Below, one piece after another: positions 19,866 through 29,590 of a stretch of 64,000 bases of DNA. The stretch comes from Acidobacteriota bacterium (GTDB lineage Bacteria > Acidobacteriota > Thermoanaerobaculia > Multivoradales > Multivoraceae): positions 20,376-84,375 of the forward strand of contig JAJCXN010000023.1 in the NCBI GenBank assembly GCA_029263415.1, read 5' to 3'. The notes below the pieces were generated by a model. It did not search any database. It was not told the DNA's origin and was given only the letters and a program-made list of their open reading frames with translations. Made by a program: the position numbers and the translations under genes. Every line of letters begins with the position of its first letter. Within the stretch, counting starts at the first letter, position 1.

Positions 19866-20077
19866 CCGTTCTCCAGGCTTGGGAATGGCCCTGGCAGCGC
19901 ACGGCTAGATGTAGAGGGTCACAAGGACCCGCGCAAAGTAACGGCAGGGGACGTGTCAGGCGAGCCCAGATGACTCAGATCGGAGATGACCAAGGTATCT
20001 CCTCGAGCCCCACTCGCGCCGCGGGGTCGCCCATCGATACCATGGGCGCACACCCCTGACTCCTGGAGGCCTCTGCC

Positions 20078-21193
20078 GTGTTCGACTCATCCCGCCCTTG
20101 CGCGGACATTCCGCCTCGCTCTGTGAATCTCTGCCCTCGCATCTTCGCTTTGACCGCGCTTCTCTTTGCATTGCTCACGCCAGGTCCGGTCGCCGCTCAA
20201 GAACTGCAGGGGCAAATCGACCAGCTTCGAGAACAGATCGGGCGACAAGCAGAGTCGACCCGCCACCGGCTCGACACCATCTCGCGCCAAGTGGACGATC
20301 TGCTGTTCTTCCAGCGACTCGGTGATCTCGCAGAGATCGACATCGCGTGGATCACCGGGCCACCGCTCACCAAGCAGCAGCAGCCCAATCCAACCGCGCA
20401 AGGGTTCAACAATCCGTTTCGCTTCTTCACCTACGTTTTCATTCCACGCGAACTGGATCGCAGCAAACCCCAGCCACTACTCGTATTGCCCCACGGCGGT
20501 GTGCACGGCAATTTCGACACCCGCTACGTCACACTGCTGCGCGAGCTGTTGACCCAGGGCTACACCGTAGTCGCGCCCGAGTACCGCGGCAGCACAGGAT
20601 ACGGCGGCCGCACCTACCGAGCGATCGACTACGGTGGCGTCGAGATCGAGGACACGTATGCAGCACGCAACTACATGCTCGACACCTACGATTTTCTGGA
20701 CAAGAAACGGGTCGGCATTCTTGGATGGAGCCACGGCGGTCTACACACGCTGATGAACGTGTTCGAACATGGCGACGCCTACAAAGTCGCGTTCGCTGGC
20801 GTGCCTGTCTCAGATCTGATCGCACGCATGGGCTACAAAAGCCAGGGCTATCGAGACCTGTATTCGGTCGACTACCACATCGGGAAATCAGCGGATCAGG
20901 ATGTTGAGGAGTATCGACGACGGTCGCCCTCATGGAACGCTCACAAATACGACGGGACTCCCCTACTGATTCACACCAACACCAATGACGAAGACGTCAA
21001 CGTGTTCGAAGTAGAGCGACTGATTCAAGCACTGAAAGCCGAAGGCAAGAGCGGCTTCGAATACGAGATCTTCAAGGACATCCCAGGTGGGCACACTTTC
21101 GATCGCATGGATTTTCCCAGATCGCGAGAAATCCGAGCCAAGATTTGGAAGTTCCTGGCAAAGCACCTCAACCCCGAACGGCCTGCCCGATGA
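20078..21193 (+). CDS. Secreted S9 (prolyl oligopeptidase) family peptidase
   Basis: PHGGVH, EYRGSTGYG, GWSHGG nucleophile, NDEDV and GGHTF; signal peptide; GGAGG RBS before the GTG. Confidence 0.9.
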   Translation: MFDSSRPCADIPPRSVNLCPRIFALTALLFALLTPGPVAAQELQGQIDQLREQIGRQAESTRHRLDTISRQVDDLLFFQRLGDLAEIDIAWITGPPLTKQQQPNPTAQGFNNPFRFFTYVFIPRELDRSKPQPLLVLPHGGVHGNFDTRYVTLLRELLTQGYTVVAPEYRGSTGYGGRTYRAIDYGGVEIEDTYAARNYMLDTYDFLDKKRVGILGWSHGGLHTLMNVFEHGDAYKVAFAGVPVSDLIARMGYKSQGYRDLYSVDYHIGKSADQDVEEYRRRSPSWNAHKYDGTPLLIHTNTNDEDVNVFEVERLIQALKAEGKSGFEYEIFKDIPGGHTFDRMDFPRSREIRAKIWKFLAKHLNPERPAR

Positions 21194-24100
21194 GGCGGCA
21201 ACTACTCCTGACGGCGTTCGCAGCGGTGGCCAGCACCCTCGTCGTCCTACCATCGATCGCTCAGACACAGTCCAAGCAAAACCGCGCTGCCCAAGACAGC
21301 ACTGGCCAGAGTCTGGGCAACGACGCGGCCTCCGCGATCAAGCTCGACTTCCGATCGGTTGGCCCCTCACGCGGCGGCCGAGTGACCGCGGTTGCGGGCG
21401 TCAATCAACACCGAAACCGCTTCTACATGGGTGCCACTGGCGGCGGCGTCTGGCGCACGGACAACTACGGCTCAAGCTGGCACAGCGTCTCTGACGGCGC
21501 CTTTGAAACGGGATCGATCGGCGCCATCGACGTCGCCGACTCTGATCCCAACGTGGTTTACGTCGGCACCGGATCCACCGGGTTGCGCAGCAACGTGATC
21601 ACTGGGCGCGGTGTCTACGGCTCGACCGACGCTGGTGAGACCTGGTCATTCTTGGGGCTAAGAGACGCTGGCCAGATCGGCGACGTGGTGATCGACCCAC
21701 GCGATCCCAACACGGTGTTCGTCGCTGCCCTGGGTAACGGCTTCAAGCCCAACACAACCCGCGGGGTTTACCGTAGTCGCGACGGCGGAGCCACCTGGAC
21801 GGCCGTGCTCCAAGTCTCCGACCAGGTCGGTTTCAACGATCTCAGCCTCGACCCCACCAATCCGCGACGTATCTTCGCCGCAGCCTGGAAGGCGCAGCGC
21901 AAACCGTGGACCATCCAAAGCGGATCGGCAGATCCAGAAGAACACGGCCTCTATCGCAGTACCGACGGCGGCGACAACTGGCAGCGCGTGAAACTGCCTA
22001 CAGGTGACGTCGCGGTGGGCAAGATCGCGGTCGAGATCTCGCCCGCCGATCCGCGTCGTGTGTACGCCCTGGTGGAAGCGGAGGGCACGGCTCGCGGGCT
22101 CTATCGTTCAGACAACGGCGGCAAGACGTTTGCCTTCGTCAACGATCAGATCAGCCTGACGCATCGGCCGTTCTACTACATGCGGATGACCGCCGATCCC
22201 GAAAACCCGGAGCTGATCTACGTGCACAACGAAACCGAGTGGGTATCGACCGACGCAGGCGAGACCTTCGAGGCACTACCCACGCCACACGGCGACAATC
22301 ACGCGATGTGGATTCATCCAGACGATCCCACCCTGATGGTGCAGGGTAACGACGGCGGCGCAAACGTGAGCTTAGACCGAGGCAAGACTTGGTCGCCCCA
22401 ATGGAACCAGGTCACCGCCGAGCTCTACCAAGTGACAGTCGACAACAACGTGCCCTATCGGCTCTACGGTGCACAGCAAGACAACACCACGATCTCGGTC
22501 TCGAGCAACCTTCGCCGGTCATCGCTCGACCCGAAACAAGACTGGCTCGAACTCTCGGGGTGCGAGACGGGCCCGGTCGTTCCCGATCCACGCGATGCCA
22601 ACATCGTCTTTGGCGGCTGCAAAGGCCGCCATTCGGTGTTCGACAAACGCACCGGCCAGACCCGCGAGTACTGGGTGTACCCGCACTTCAACTATGGCCA
22701 CGACACGCGCGAAATGCCCTTCCGCTTCCAGCGGGTGGCACCCATGATTCTTTCTCCGCACAACCCTGATGTGATCTACCACGGCTCGCAGATGCTCCAT
22801 AAGAGTTCGAACGAGGGTCGCACCTGGGAAACCATTTCAGGCGATCTCACCGCGTTCGACGACGAAACGCAGGGATACTCTGGCGGACCGATCACGCGAG
22901 ACATCACCGGCGAAGAGGTCTACAGCGCCATCTACGAGATCACCGAGTCACCCCATGAAGAAGGCGTACTCTGGGTTGGCTCCAACGACGGCCCGATCAA
23001 CATAAGTCGCGATGGCGGCACGAGCTGGGCCGAGATCACACCGCACGAGCTCCCTAAGGGCGGCCGCGTCAACAAGATTGACCACTCGCCCCACCGGATC
23101 GATCGAGCGTGGATCACGGTCTACCGCCATCTCTTAGGTGACTTCAAACCCTATGTATTCCGCGCCGATAACTATGGTGCGCGCATGACACTGGTGACTG
23201 ACGGCAGCAACGGCATCCCTTCGGACACACCGGTCCGGGTGGTGCGCGAGGATCCTGAGCGTGAGGGCCTGCTCTACGCTGGCACAGAATTCGGTCTTTA
23301 CTTCTCTTTGGATGGCGGCACGCAGTGGCATCGCTATCAACGCGATCTGCCGGTGACACCGATTACTGACATTCGCATCCATCGTGGCGACTTGATCTTG
23401 TCCACCATGGGTCGGTCGTTTTGGATCGTTGACGACCTAGCACCGCTGCGCCAATGGAGCGAGCAAGTTCAACGATCGCAAGCCCACTTGTTTGCCCCGG
23501 GCGACGCTTACCGAGTCCGCCTTGGCCGATCGCGCCGAGGGCCAGCGCACGGCCCACAGCTCGAATCTACCGGCGTCAACCTCGACTACTGGCTCAACAG
23601 CGAACTAGCGAAGAGTTCAACACTCGAGCTGCGTGTGCTCGACAGCGAAGGAACAATGCTGCGATCGTTCTCACAGGCACCGGCTCCGGCAGCAAACGGC
23701 GAACCTGACGGCATGCGAGCAAGGTCGCGCTTCGCTGGAGAACCGAGCCTAGGAACAACGCGCGGTCACCATCGCATCCGCTGGGACCTACGCGAGGAAT
23801 CCATCCAAGTGCGCGGTCGACCGTTGCGCGGGCCGATGGTCACGGCTGGTGAATACCGCATCGAACTGACCCACTCCACGAGCACTTCTGATTCGCCTGC
23901 GGTGTCAAGCCAGCCGCTGCACCTGCTCGCTGATCCTAATGTGGCTGCCGCCGGTATCACCGAGGTAGACCTTGGGACCCAACGCAAAGCTCTGCGCCAA
24001 CTCCGCTCGGACCTCGTGACTCTGCAGCAGACCTTGAACAGCGTGGTTGATCTGCGCGAGCAGATCCTCAGCGTCTTATCGCGCACCGACGTCACTCTCA

Positions 24101-24426
24101 GCGACGCAACCCGAGACCTTGGCACCGAGACCGTTGCTGAGTTCAGCCGCATAGAGGAACTCTTAGTCCAGCCAAAGGCTGGCAAGGTCGGAGCGGAACT
24201 GGAGCCCCAACTGCTGAGCCAATATACCTACCTTCTCGGCCTGCTCGACTCAGCCGACCAAGCACCCGGCGACGACGCGCTCCGTCGACTCGATGACGTT
24301 GGCAATGAACTCAAAGCAGCGGTGACCGCATACCAAGCAGTCAAAGATGGCCAACTGGCCGAACTGGGCCGTCGGTTCAATCAGGAGAAAGTGCCGCTGC
24401 TCGCGGTGAAGTCATCGGCGCGCTGA
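21190..24426 (+). CDS. VPS10/sortilin-like BNR (Asp-box) repeat protein, putative glycosyl hydrolase
   Basis: FRSVGPSRGGRVTAV start; many SxDGGxTW Asp-boxes; C-terminal helical extension. ATGA overlap with the peptidase stop at 21190-21193. Confidence 0.9.
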   Translation: MRRQLLLTAFAAVASTLVVLPSIAQTQSKQNRAAQDSTGQSLGNDAASAIKLDFRSVGPSRGGRVTAVAGVNQHRNRFYMGATGGGVWRTDNYGSSWHSVSDGAFETGSIGAIDVADSDPNVVYVGTGSTGLRSNVITGRGVYGSTDAGETWSFLGLRDAGQIGDVVIDPRDPNTVFVAALGNGFKPNTTRGVYRSRDGGATWTAVLQVSDQVGFNDLSLDPTNPRRIFAAAWKAQRKPWTIQSGSADPEEHGLYRSTDGGDNWQRVKLPTGDVAVGKIAVEISPADPRRVYALVEAEGTARGLYRSDNGGKTFAFVNDQISLTHRPFYYMRMTADPENPELIYVHNETEWVSTDAGETFEALPTPHGDNHAMWIHPDDPTLMVQGNDGGANVSLDRGKTWSPQWNQVTAELYQVTVDNNVPYRLYGAQQDNTTISVSSNLRRSSLDPKQDWLELSGCETGPVVPDPRDANIVFGGCKGRHSVFDKRTGQTREYWVYPHFNYGHDTREMPFRFQRVAPMILSPHNPDVIYHGSQMLHKSSNEGRTWETISGDLTAFDDETQGYSGGPITRDITGEEVYSAIYEITESPHEEGVLWVGSNDGPINISRDGGTSWAEITPHELPKGGRVNKIDHSPHRIDRAWITVYRHLLGDFKPYVFRADNYGARMTLVTDGSNGIPSDTPVRVVREDPEREGLLYAGTEFGLYFSLDGGTQWHRYQRDLPVTPITDIRIHRGDLILSTMGRSFWIVDDLAPLRQWSEQVQRSQAHLFAPGDAYRVRLGRSRRGPAHGPQLESTGVNLDYWLNSELAKSSTLELRVLDSEGTMLRSFSQAPAPAANGEPDGMRARSRFAGEPSLGTTRGHHRIRWDLREESIQVRGRPLRGPMVTAGEYRIELTHSTSTSDSPAVSSQPLHLLADPNVAAAGITEVDLGTQRKALRQLRSDLVTLQQTLNSVVDLREQILSVLSRTDVTLSDATRDLGTETVAEFSRIEELLVQPKAGKVGAELEPQLLSQYTYLLGLLDSADQAPGDDALRRLDDVGNELKAAVTAYQAVKDGQLAELGRRFNQEKVPLLAVKSSAR

Positions 24427-24447
24427 TCATCGATCTTGAGAAAGGCT

Positions 24448-24999
24448 CTATGTACTGCGGTCCAGCCGCAGCAGATAGCTGTGTGAGCCTTCGAGAACCA
24501 CGAGATCGTCCTGGTTGAAAATTTCGAGCCGGAGGACCACTACTCCGGTGGTTCTCTGGCGCCTGAGTTCTGCCACCGTCAGCGTGGGCCTCAAGGTATC
24601 GCCACGAACAACCGGTCGGACGAATCTGGACGTCTGTTCGATGAAGCCGAGCATCGCCTTCTCCACCACGTAAGGGAACAGCCCTGCGCCGGCAGCGCCC
24701 AAGGCCACTACTTGCAGACCATGAGCTAGGAGATCCGCGTGACCGCGCCGAATGCACTCGTCACGGTCGTAGTGCATCGGGTGATCGTCACCAGAGAGAG
24801 CCTGAAAAGCATCAAAGTGGGCGCTGGTGATGGTGCGCTTCGGCAAGCTAAACACCTCGCCGAGCACAAGCTCCTCAAAGCCGCGCCGAGCGACCTTCTT
24901 GGTCGCAATCGAGCGCTGTTCGTTGGCTTCCACTGACTCGACGGCGGTTGAGGCCTCGTTCGACGTTGGGTTCGACCGAGCGTTCGACATTGCGCTCAT
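24448..24999 (-). CDS. MaoC-family (hot-dog fold) dehydratase
   Basis: FQALSGDDHPMHYD, LLAHGL and RFVRPVVRGDTL motifs. Confidence 0.88.
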   Translation of the reverse strand: MSAMSNARSNPTSNEASTAVESVEANEQRSIATKKVARRGFEELVLGEVFSLPKRTITSAHFDAFQALSGDDHPMHYDRDECIRRGHADLLAHGLQVVALGAAGAGLFPYVVEKAMLGFIEQTSRFVRPVVRGDTLRPTLTVAELRRQRTTGVVVLRLEIFNQDDLVVLEGSHSYLLRLDRST

Positions 25000-25016
25000 C
25001 AGTGCTTCCAACTCTC

Positions 25017-26483
25017 CTAGAGAGTCTTCAGGTACTCGAGAACCGCCACCCGGTCATCGAGTGTTAGTCCTTCAGGGAACCGGTGACCGGCGGTGCTGTG
25101 ACTGGTGATTGACGCATCAAAGTACCGTCGCCGCTCCCACTCCGTCGCCACCTCAGGGACCGCTTCGAACACCTCAACTTCGAGGCCTACGCGCTTCGCG
25201 TCATAGCCGTCCAGCGACCGACGCCAGACCTGCGGTCGTTGATCCGGATGCAAGATATGCCACAGCGTGGGCACCGACCCATTGTGCAAGTAGGGACCCG
25301 ACGCCCAGATTCCGTCGAGCGGTGGAGCTACATAGCCTTTCGGCTCAAGCACCACCGGGTGTTCACCATAATTGGAGAACCAGCTCGCGTTGTAGATCTC
25401 CTTCGATTCCTTCTTGATAGCACCGAGCCGCACAGGATCCGTGCCCAAAAGCGCCAGCGAAACGGTACGTTCCGGGTATGTCCGTTGCTCGCCATTGGCC
25501 CCGTATGTGCCATGACACTCGGAGCAAACACGCTCAAAGGCACCCTCTCCCTTTGCCGCAAGCGCGCGATCAATAGGAAAGGGATACTCCGGGGCCTCGA
25601 TCGAGTTGATGTACGAGCGAATGGTCTCGAACTCGTCTTCGAATGAGCGAATCTTCTCTCCGCTCAGTCCAGGCGCCATGGCGAACTGCATCAAGGTACG
25701 AACAGTCTTGGGCGCCATCCCGTCCCAGTAGATCCGCGACTTCCGTTTGAAGTGCCACCACGGGGGTGCGTCAATCGAATTGTGAACCAGCGGCTGCGAC
25801 AGTTTGGGAGGAAAACGCATGTCAAGGTGCTCATCGCGCATGGAGCCGAGCAGGATGCTGTACATGGTCGCGTTGGTGCTGCCAGCCACGAAGTTCATCG
25901 GAATCCCAAAGCTCGCTCCTGCGCGAGCCAGCTCAGGATCCTTACCGGAGTCAGTGGCCCGTAGTGCGGCAAGGTCTCCCAGCAAACCGCCAAAATCTTG
26001 ATGGCTGTTGGGCAGGCCAGGGATGACCTGCCCCGCCACCTTGCCGCCATGGCAAACGAGACAATTGGGCGCCAACCGACCGGTGGCTTCACGCGTGTAT
26101 CCGAGCGGCAACCAGGAATCGTCGACCGTCTCATCGAATGCATCGCGCTCGATCAGCCCGTACCGTTCGAACGTGAGTTTGCGACGGTGATCGTCACTCG
26201 CGGCTTGAGCCTTGGCGCGTTCGGTCGGCTCCCAAACCGTCCATAGACGCTGCAGATCGGTCTCAGCAAGCAAACCGATCGAGAGCGGTTGGTGAAGCAA
26301 TAGCGCAAGGCCACTTCTTTCACTCGAGTCTGTAATCACCCGTGGCGCAGCTGGCGGCTTGGCCAAGGCCAAGCTCGCGATTGCCGCAACCGCCCCGATG
26401 CAAATGATCGTGTGCGCTCTAGCTTTCATTCTCTGTCCATCCATTGTCACTTCGCCTCGCGGACTCGTCAGCCGCAGCGTCAT
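25017..26483 (-). CDS. Exported di-heme c-type cytochrome, RoxA/cytochrome c peroxidase-like
   Basis: Signal peptide; CLVCH and CSECH heme motifs; GYVAPPLDGIWASGPYLHNGSVPTL motif; LEYLKTL end. Confidence 0.82.
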   Translation of the reverse strand: MTLRLTSPRGEVTMDGQRMKARAHTIICIGAVAAIASLALAKPPAAPRVITDSSERSGLALLLHQPLSIGLLAETDLQRLWTVWEPTERAKAQAASDDHRRKLTFERYGLIERDAFDETVDDSWLPLGYTREATGRLAPNCLVCHGGKVAGQVIPGLPNSHQDFGGLLGDLAALRATDSGKDPELARAGASFGIPMNFVAGSTNATMYSILLGSMRDEHLDMRFPPKLSQPLVHNSIDAPPWWHFKRKSRIYWDGMAPKTVRTLMQFAMAPGLSGEKIRSFEDEFETIRSYINSIEAPEYPFPIDRALAAKGEGAFERVCSECHGTYGANGEQRTYPERTVSLALLGTDPVRLGAIKKESKEIYNASWFSNYGEHPVVLEPKGYVAPPLDGIWASGPYLHNGSVPTLWHILHPDQRPQVWRRSLDGYDAKRVGLEVEVFEAVPEVATEWERRRYFDASITSHSTAGHRFPEGLTLDDRVAVLEYLKTL

Positions 26484-26700
26484 CGAATCGCATCAGTGTA
26501 CCCAAACGCACGTGAGCGCATCCATTCGGAAAAAGCCCGCTTGCCTGTGAAAAAATGAGGGCTCTAGTCAAGGGAGCGGCGGAACCGCGCCGGCAGCGAT
26601 GCGTTCTTGAGGAACGCGAGCGCGCCAAACAAGCCGCACTCGTTTCACTTCTCATAGACCCAATTGCCTGCGGCCAAACCGCGACAACTAGGAGCTTCAT

Positions 26701-27744
26701 ATGTCTTCACACCTCCGCTTCTCTCAGCGCACCAAGCTATGCGTTGCGCTACTCCTGCTCCTGGCCTTGGGAATCAGTCCCTTGGCCCTCGCCCAAGAGA
26801 GCACGGTCGTCGCCAAAATCGACGGCGTTGCGCTGTCCCAGGCCGATCTTGAAGCCTTCTTGAGCGACCAGCTCGAGCAACTCGCGCTACAGAAAGCAAA
26901 GCTGCTCGAAGAGGGCCTTGGACCATTCGTTGAGAACGCTTTGCTCGAGCGCGGCGCCGAGGCTCAAGGCGTGCCGCTCGACGCCTACTTGAAGATCGAG
27001 ATGGAAAAGCACACCACGCCAGTGACTGACGAGGCGGTGGATGCCTGGTACGAAGCGAACAAGGCTCGCCTGCAGGGTCAGCCGAAGGAGGCCCTGGAGC
27101 CTCAGATCAAGAACTATCTTACGCAGACTCAAGCTGGCGAACAGCGTTCAAAACTGCTCGCCGATCTGCGTAAGCAACACAAAGTGGAAATCTTGCTCGA
27201 GCCTGTGCGAGTCACCCTCGATGACGTCGGCGCTACCATCAAGGGCAATCCCGAAGCACCGGTGACAATCGTTGAGTTCTCAGACTTCCAGTGTCCTGCC
27301 TGCAAGGGATTCAATCCGACCGTCACCGAGTTGCTTGAAAACTACGGTGACAAGATTCGCGTCGTCTTCCGCCAGCTACCGCTCCGTTCGATCCATCCTC
27401 AAGCGCAGAAGGCCGCCGAGGCGTCGCTGTGTGCTCGCGACCAAGGCAAGTTCTGGGAACTCCACGACGCGATGTTTGCTAGCCAACGCACGCTCGATGT
27501 CGACGCACTCAAGGGAATGGCGGCTGCGGCCGGTGCGAGCAGCGAGAGCTTCGATCAATGCCTCGACTCGGGTAAGTACGCGGACGTGGTTCAATCCGAC
27601 GTCACCTTGGCCAGCAAGCACGGTCTCAATGGAACACCGTCGGTGTTCATCAACGGCCGCATCATTGCTCCTGGCCGAGTGCCTTCGTACGGAGCGATGG
27701 TCCAGGTGATTGAAGACGAGCTTCTCCGCAACTCCGGCAAATAG
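26701..27744 (+). CDS. DsbA-family thioredoxin-fold oxidoreductase with SurA-N-like N-terminal domain
   Basis: KGNPEAPVTIVEFSDFQCPAC, HPQAQKAAEA and GTPSVFING; signal peptide. Confidence 0.9.
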   Translation: MSSHLRFSQRTKLCVALLLLLALGISPLALAQESTVVAKIDGVALSQADLEAFLSDQLEQLALQKAKLLEEGLGPFVENALLERGAEAQGVPLDAYLKIEMEKHTTPVTDEAVDAWYEANKARLQGQPKEALEPQIKNYLTQTQAGEQRSKLLADLRKQHKVEILLEPVRVTLDDVGATIKGNPEAPVTIVEFSDFQCPACKGFNPTVTELLENYGDKIRVVFRQLPLRSIHPQAQKAAEASLCARDQGKFWELHDAMFASQRTLDVDALKGMAAAAGASSESFDQCLDSGKYADVVQSDVTLASKHGLNGTPSVFINGRIIAPGRVPSYGAMVQVIEDELLRNSGK

Positions 27745-27760
27745 GCTTTGGCCATCAAAC

Positions 27761-27786
27761 GGCCCGCAGTCTTGCGATTGCGGGCC
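27761..27786. terminator. Hairpin between convergent genes, possible terminator
   Basis: GGCCCGCAGTC-ttgc-GATTGCGGGCC, an 11-bp stem with one G-U, just after the DsbA stop. No strong U-tract. Confidence 0.45.
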
Positions 27787-27900
27787 AAACGGGCCTGACG
27801 CCCTTTGGGGTTCTAGAGACCGAAGTCTTGAGCGCGTCGTGCGAAAGAACCAAGTTGTCACAGCGTCGTTCTAAAGAAACGAAGTTTCGAGAGCGTCTCC

Positions 27901-28284
27901 TTAAAGGACGAACTTGACGATCAGCCAGATTGATGCCACTACCGTGATGAGCGTGGTACCAGCCGCCCCGATCGTGCGAGCCAGGCCACCGACCGTGTGG
28001 GAAATGCCAACGGCGTGAAAGATTCGGAAGACCACCAGTCCCGCGCCCATGATGTGGATGGTGTTGCCTGCCACTCCACTCACCTCCAGGCCCGCAATCA
28101 ACAGAAGAGTCAACGGAACGTGCTCAACAAAGTTAGCGTGTCGGCGCATCGCCAGTTCCAAATCTCGATTACCCCCATCTCCAGCGCCGACGCCGACCTT
28201 GCCGCGGAGTAGGCCGGGACCGGCAGCAAGGCCAACCGCGAATAGGCCTAGTACTCCTGTGTAGAGCGCAGTGATTTCAGGCAT
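27901..28284 (-). CDS. MAPEG family membrane protein
   Basis: GVGAGDGG..L..AMRRHANFVEHVP...RIFHAVG; three to four TM segments. Confidence 0.88.
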   Translation of the reverse strand: MPEITALYTGVLGLFAVGLAAGPGLLRGKVGVGAGDGGNRDLELAMRRHANFVEHVPLTLLLIAGLEVSGVAGNTIHIMGAGLVVFRIFHAVGISHTVGGLARTIGAAGTTLITVVASIWLIVKFVL

Positions 28285-28340
28285 GGTTCAAACCTCCTTC
28301 AAGCTGGGTTAGGGGACAAAGACCAGTGTGTCACGGCGCG

Positions 28341-28391
28341 CTCTGGGACTTCCCCTTGGCACTCCGTCTGGGCACTCCCTCTGGGCATTCC
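28341..28391. repeat. Imperfect ~13-bp tandem repeat x4 (consensus CTCTGGGCACTCC)
   Basis: ctctgggacttcc / ccttggcactcc / gtctgggcactcc / ctctgggcattcc upstream of the MAPEG gene. Confidence 0.7.
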
Positions 28392-28678
28392 CGGCTCGCC
28401 CGGTTGCCTGCCCTGTCTTGCGACCACCGAAAGACTGAGCGGCCCGGCGGACCGAACAACCTAACGCCGAAGCGTTGGAGGTTCCCAAAGACGGCAGAGC
28501 TGCGGGATCAATCGACATCAGATCGCTACTACATCCATTCGACCGTAGGTCTCTCACTATGTTCAGAACAGCCCCTCTATCCGGAGTTAGACTGCGGCTA
28601 GAGGCGTTGACACCTCTGTAGCCCGCCGGCTCATTTAGCGCGGGGCCCATCCGACCAAAACACAACAAGAGCGTTCCC

Positions 28679-29113
28679 ATGAGATTGTCTACTCGCTACT
28701 CAACCGTCGCACTCGCACCGTTCACGGCACTTGCACTGTTCACGGCACTTGCACTGCTGCCGAGGCCAGTCTTAGCGGGGATCACAATCGAGGAGACGGC
28801 CCCCGAAGAGCAGGCCAAGCCCAAGACCGAGCCCACCGCCGGCGCGGAACTGAGTCGGCCTGCGCGCTCGCTCAGAGTGTTCTTGCCCCACACTCCTAAC
28901 GTGGAGAAGAGTTCGCTCTCGCTCGAAGGGCCGGCCGGAGCCCTCGAGGTGCAAGGACTGCACACCATGGGATCCGACGATCTGATGGCACGGGTGGTAG
29001 GCCCGATGCCAGACGGCGAGTACGTCGCAACGTGGATCACCGAGGATCCGGATGGCAAGACCACCACCGGCTCGTGGAAGTTCTCGATCAAGCGCGCGGC
29101 TCGCAATCCATGA
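28679..29113 (+). CDS. CopC-like periplasmic protein (atypical metal ligands)
   Basis: Signal peptide; P..GAELSRPARSLRVF...SSLSLEGP...GEYVATW...DG.TTTGSWKFSIK follows the CopC fold pattern. Confidence 0.65.
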   Translation: MRLSTRYSTVALAPFTALALFTALALLPRPVLAGITIEETAPEEQAKPKTEPTAGAELSRPARSLRVFLPHTPNVEKSSLSLEGPAGALEVQGLHTMGSDDLMARVVGPMPDGEYVATWITEDPDGKTTTGSWKFSIKRAARNP

Positions 29114-29505
29114 TGGACCAAGGTGATCTAGAGCGCGACCCCGATCGCAATGTGCTCGGCGGCCCGTTGAGCCTGTGCTGCGCGGACCCTCAAACCGGCT
29201 TCTTTCGTACTGGGTTCTGTCAAACCTCCGATCAGGATCACGGTCGCCACACGGTTTGCGTCGAAGTCACCGACGAGTTCCTTGCGTTTTCAAAACACCG
29301 CGGCAACGACCTCTCGACCCCGATGCCAGCATATGGGTTTCCTGGGCTCTCGGCCGGAGATCGCTGGTGCTTGTGCGCAGCCCGCTGGAAGGAGGCCCTC
29401 GATGCAGGCATGGCGCCAAAGGTCATGCTCAGCGCGTGCCACGAACGAACTCTCGACGTCATCGAGCTCAGCGATCTGGCCGACCACGCCCTCGATACCG
29501 CCTAA
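29110..29505 (+). CDS. DUF2237 family protein
   Basis: NVLGGPLSLCC.DP.TGFFRTGFC...D.GRHTVC...GNDLSTP...FPGL..GDRWCLCAARW; ATGA overlap with the CopC-like gene. Confidence 0.9.
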   Translation: MMDQGDLERDPDRNVLGGPLSLCCADPQTGFFRTGFCQTSDQDHGRHTVCVEVTDEFLAFSKHRGNDLSTPMPAYGFPGLSAGDRWCLCAARWKEALDAGMAPKVMLSACHERTLDVIELSDLADHALDTA

Positions 29506-29544
29506 CACTCTGCCTACACTCAGCCTACACTCGGCCTACACTCT
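29500..29544. repeat. 11-bp tandem repeat x4 (GCCTACACTCN)
   Basis: gcctaacactct / gcctacactca / gcctacactcg / gcctacactct, starting at the DUF2237 stop. Confidence 0.85.
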
Positions 29545-29590
29545 GCTCGCCCACAGTAGAGCCTGCATGGTTTGCGAGTAAGCTTGGACC

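Noticed and set aside
29500-29544. Possible mini-CRISPR
   Set aside because: The units are 11 bp and contiguous, with no spacers and no cas genes.
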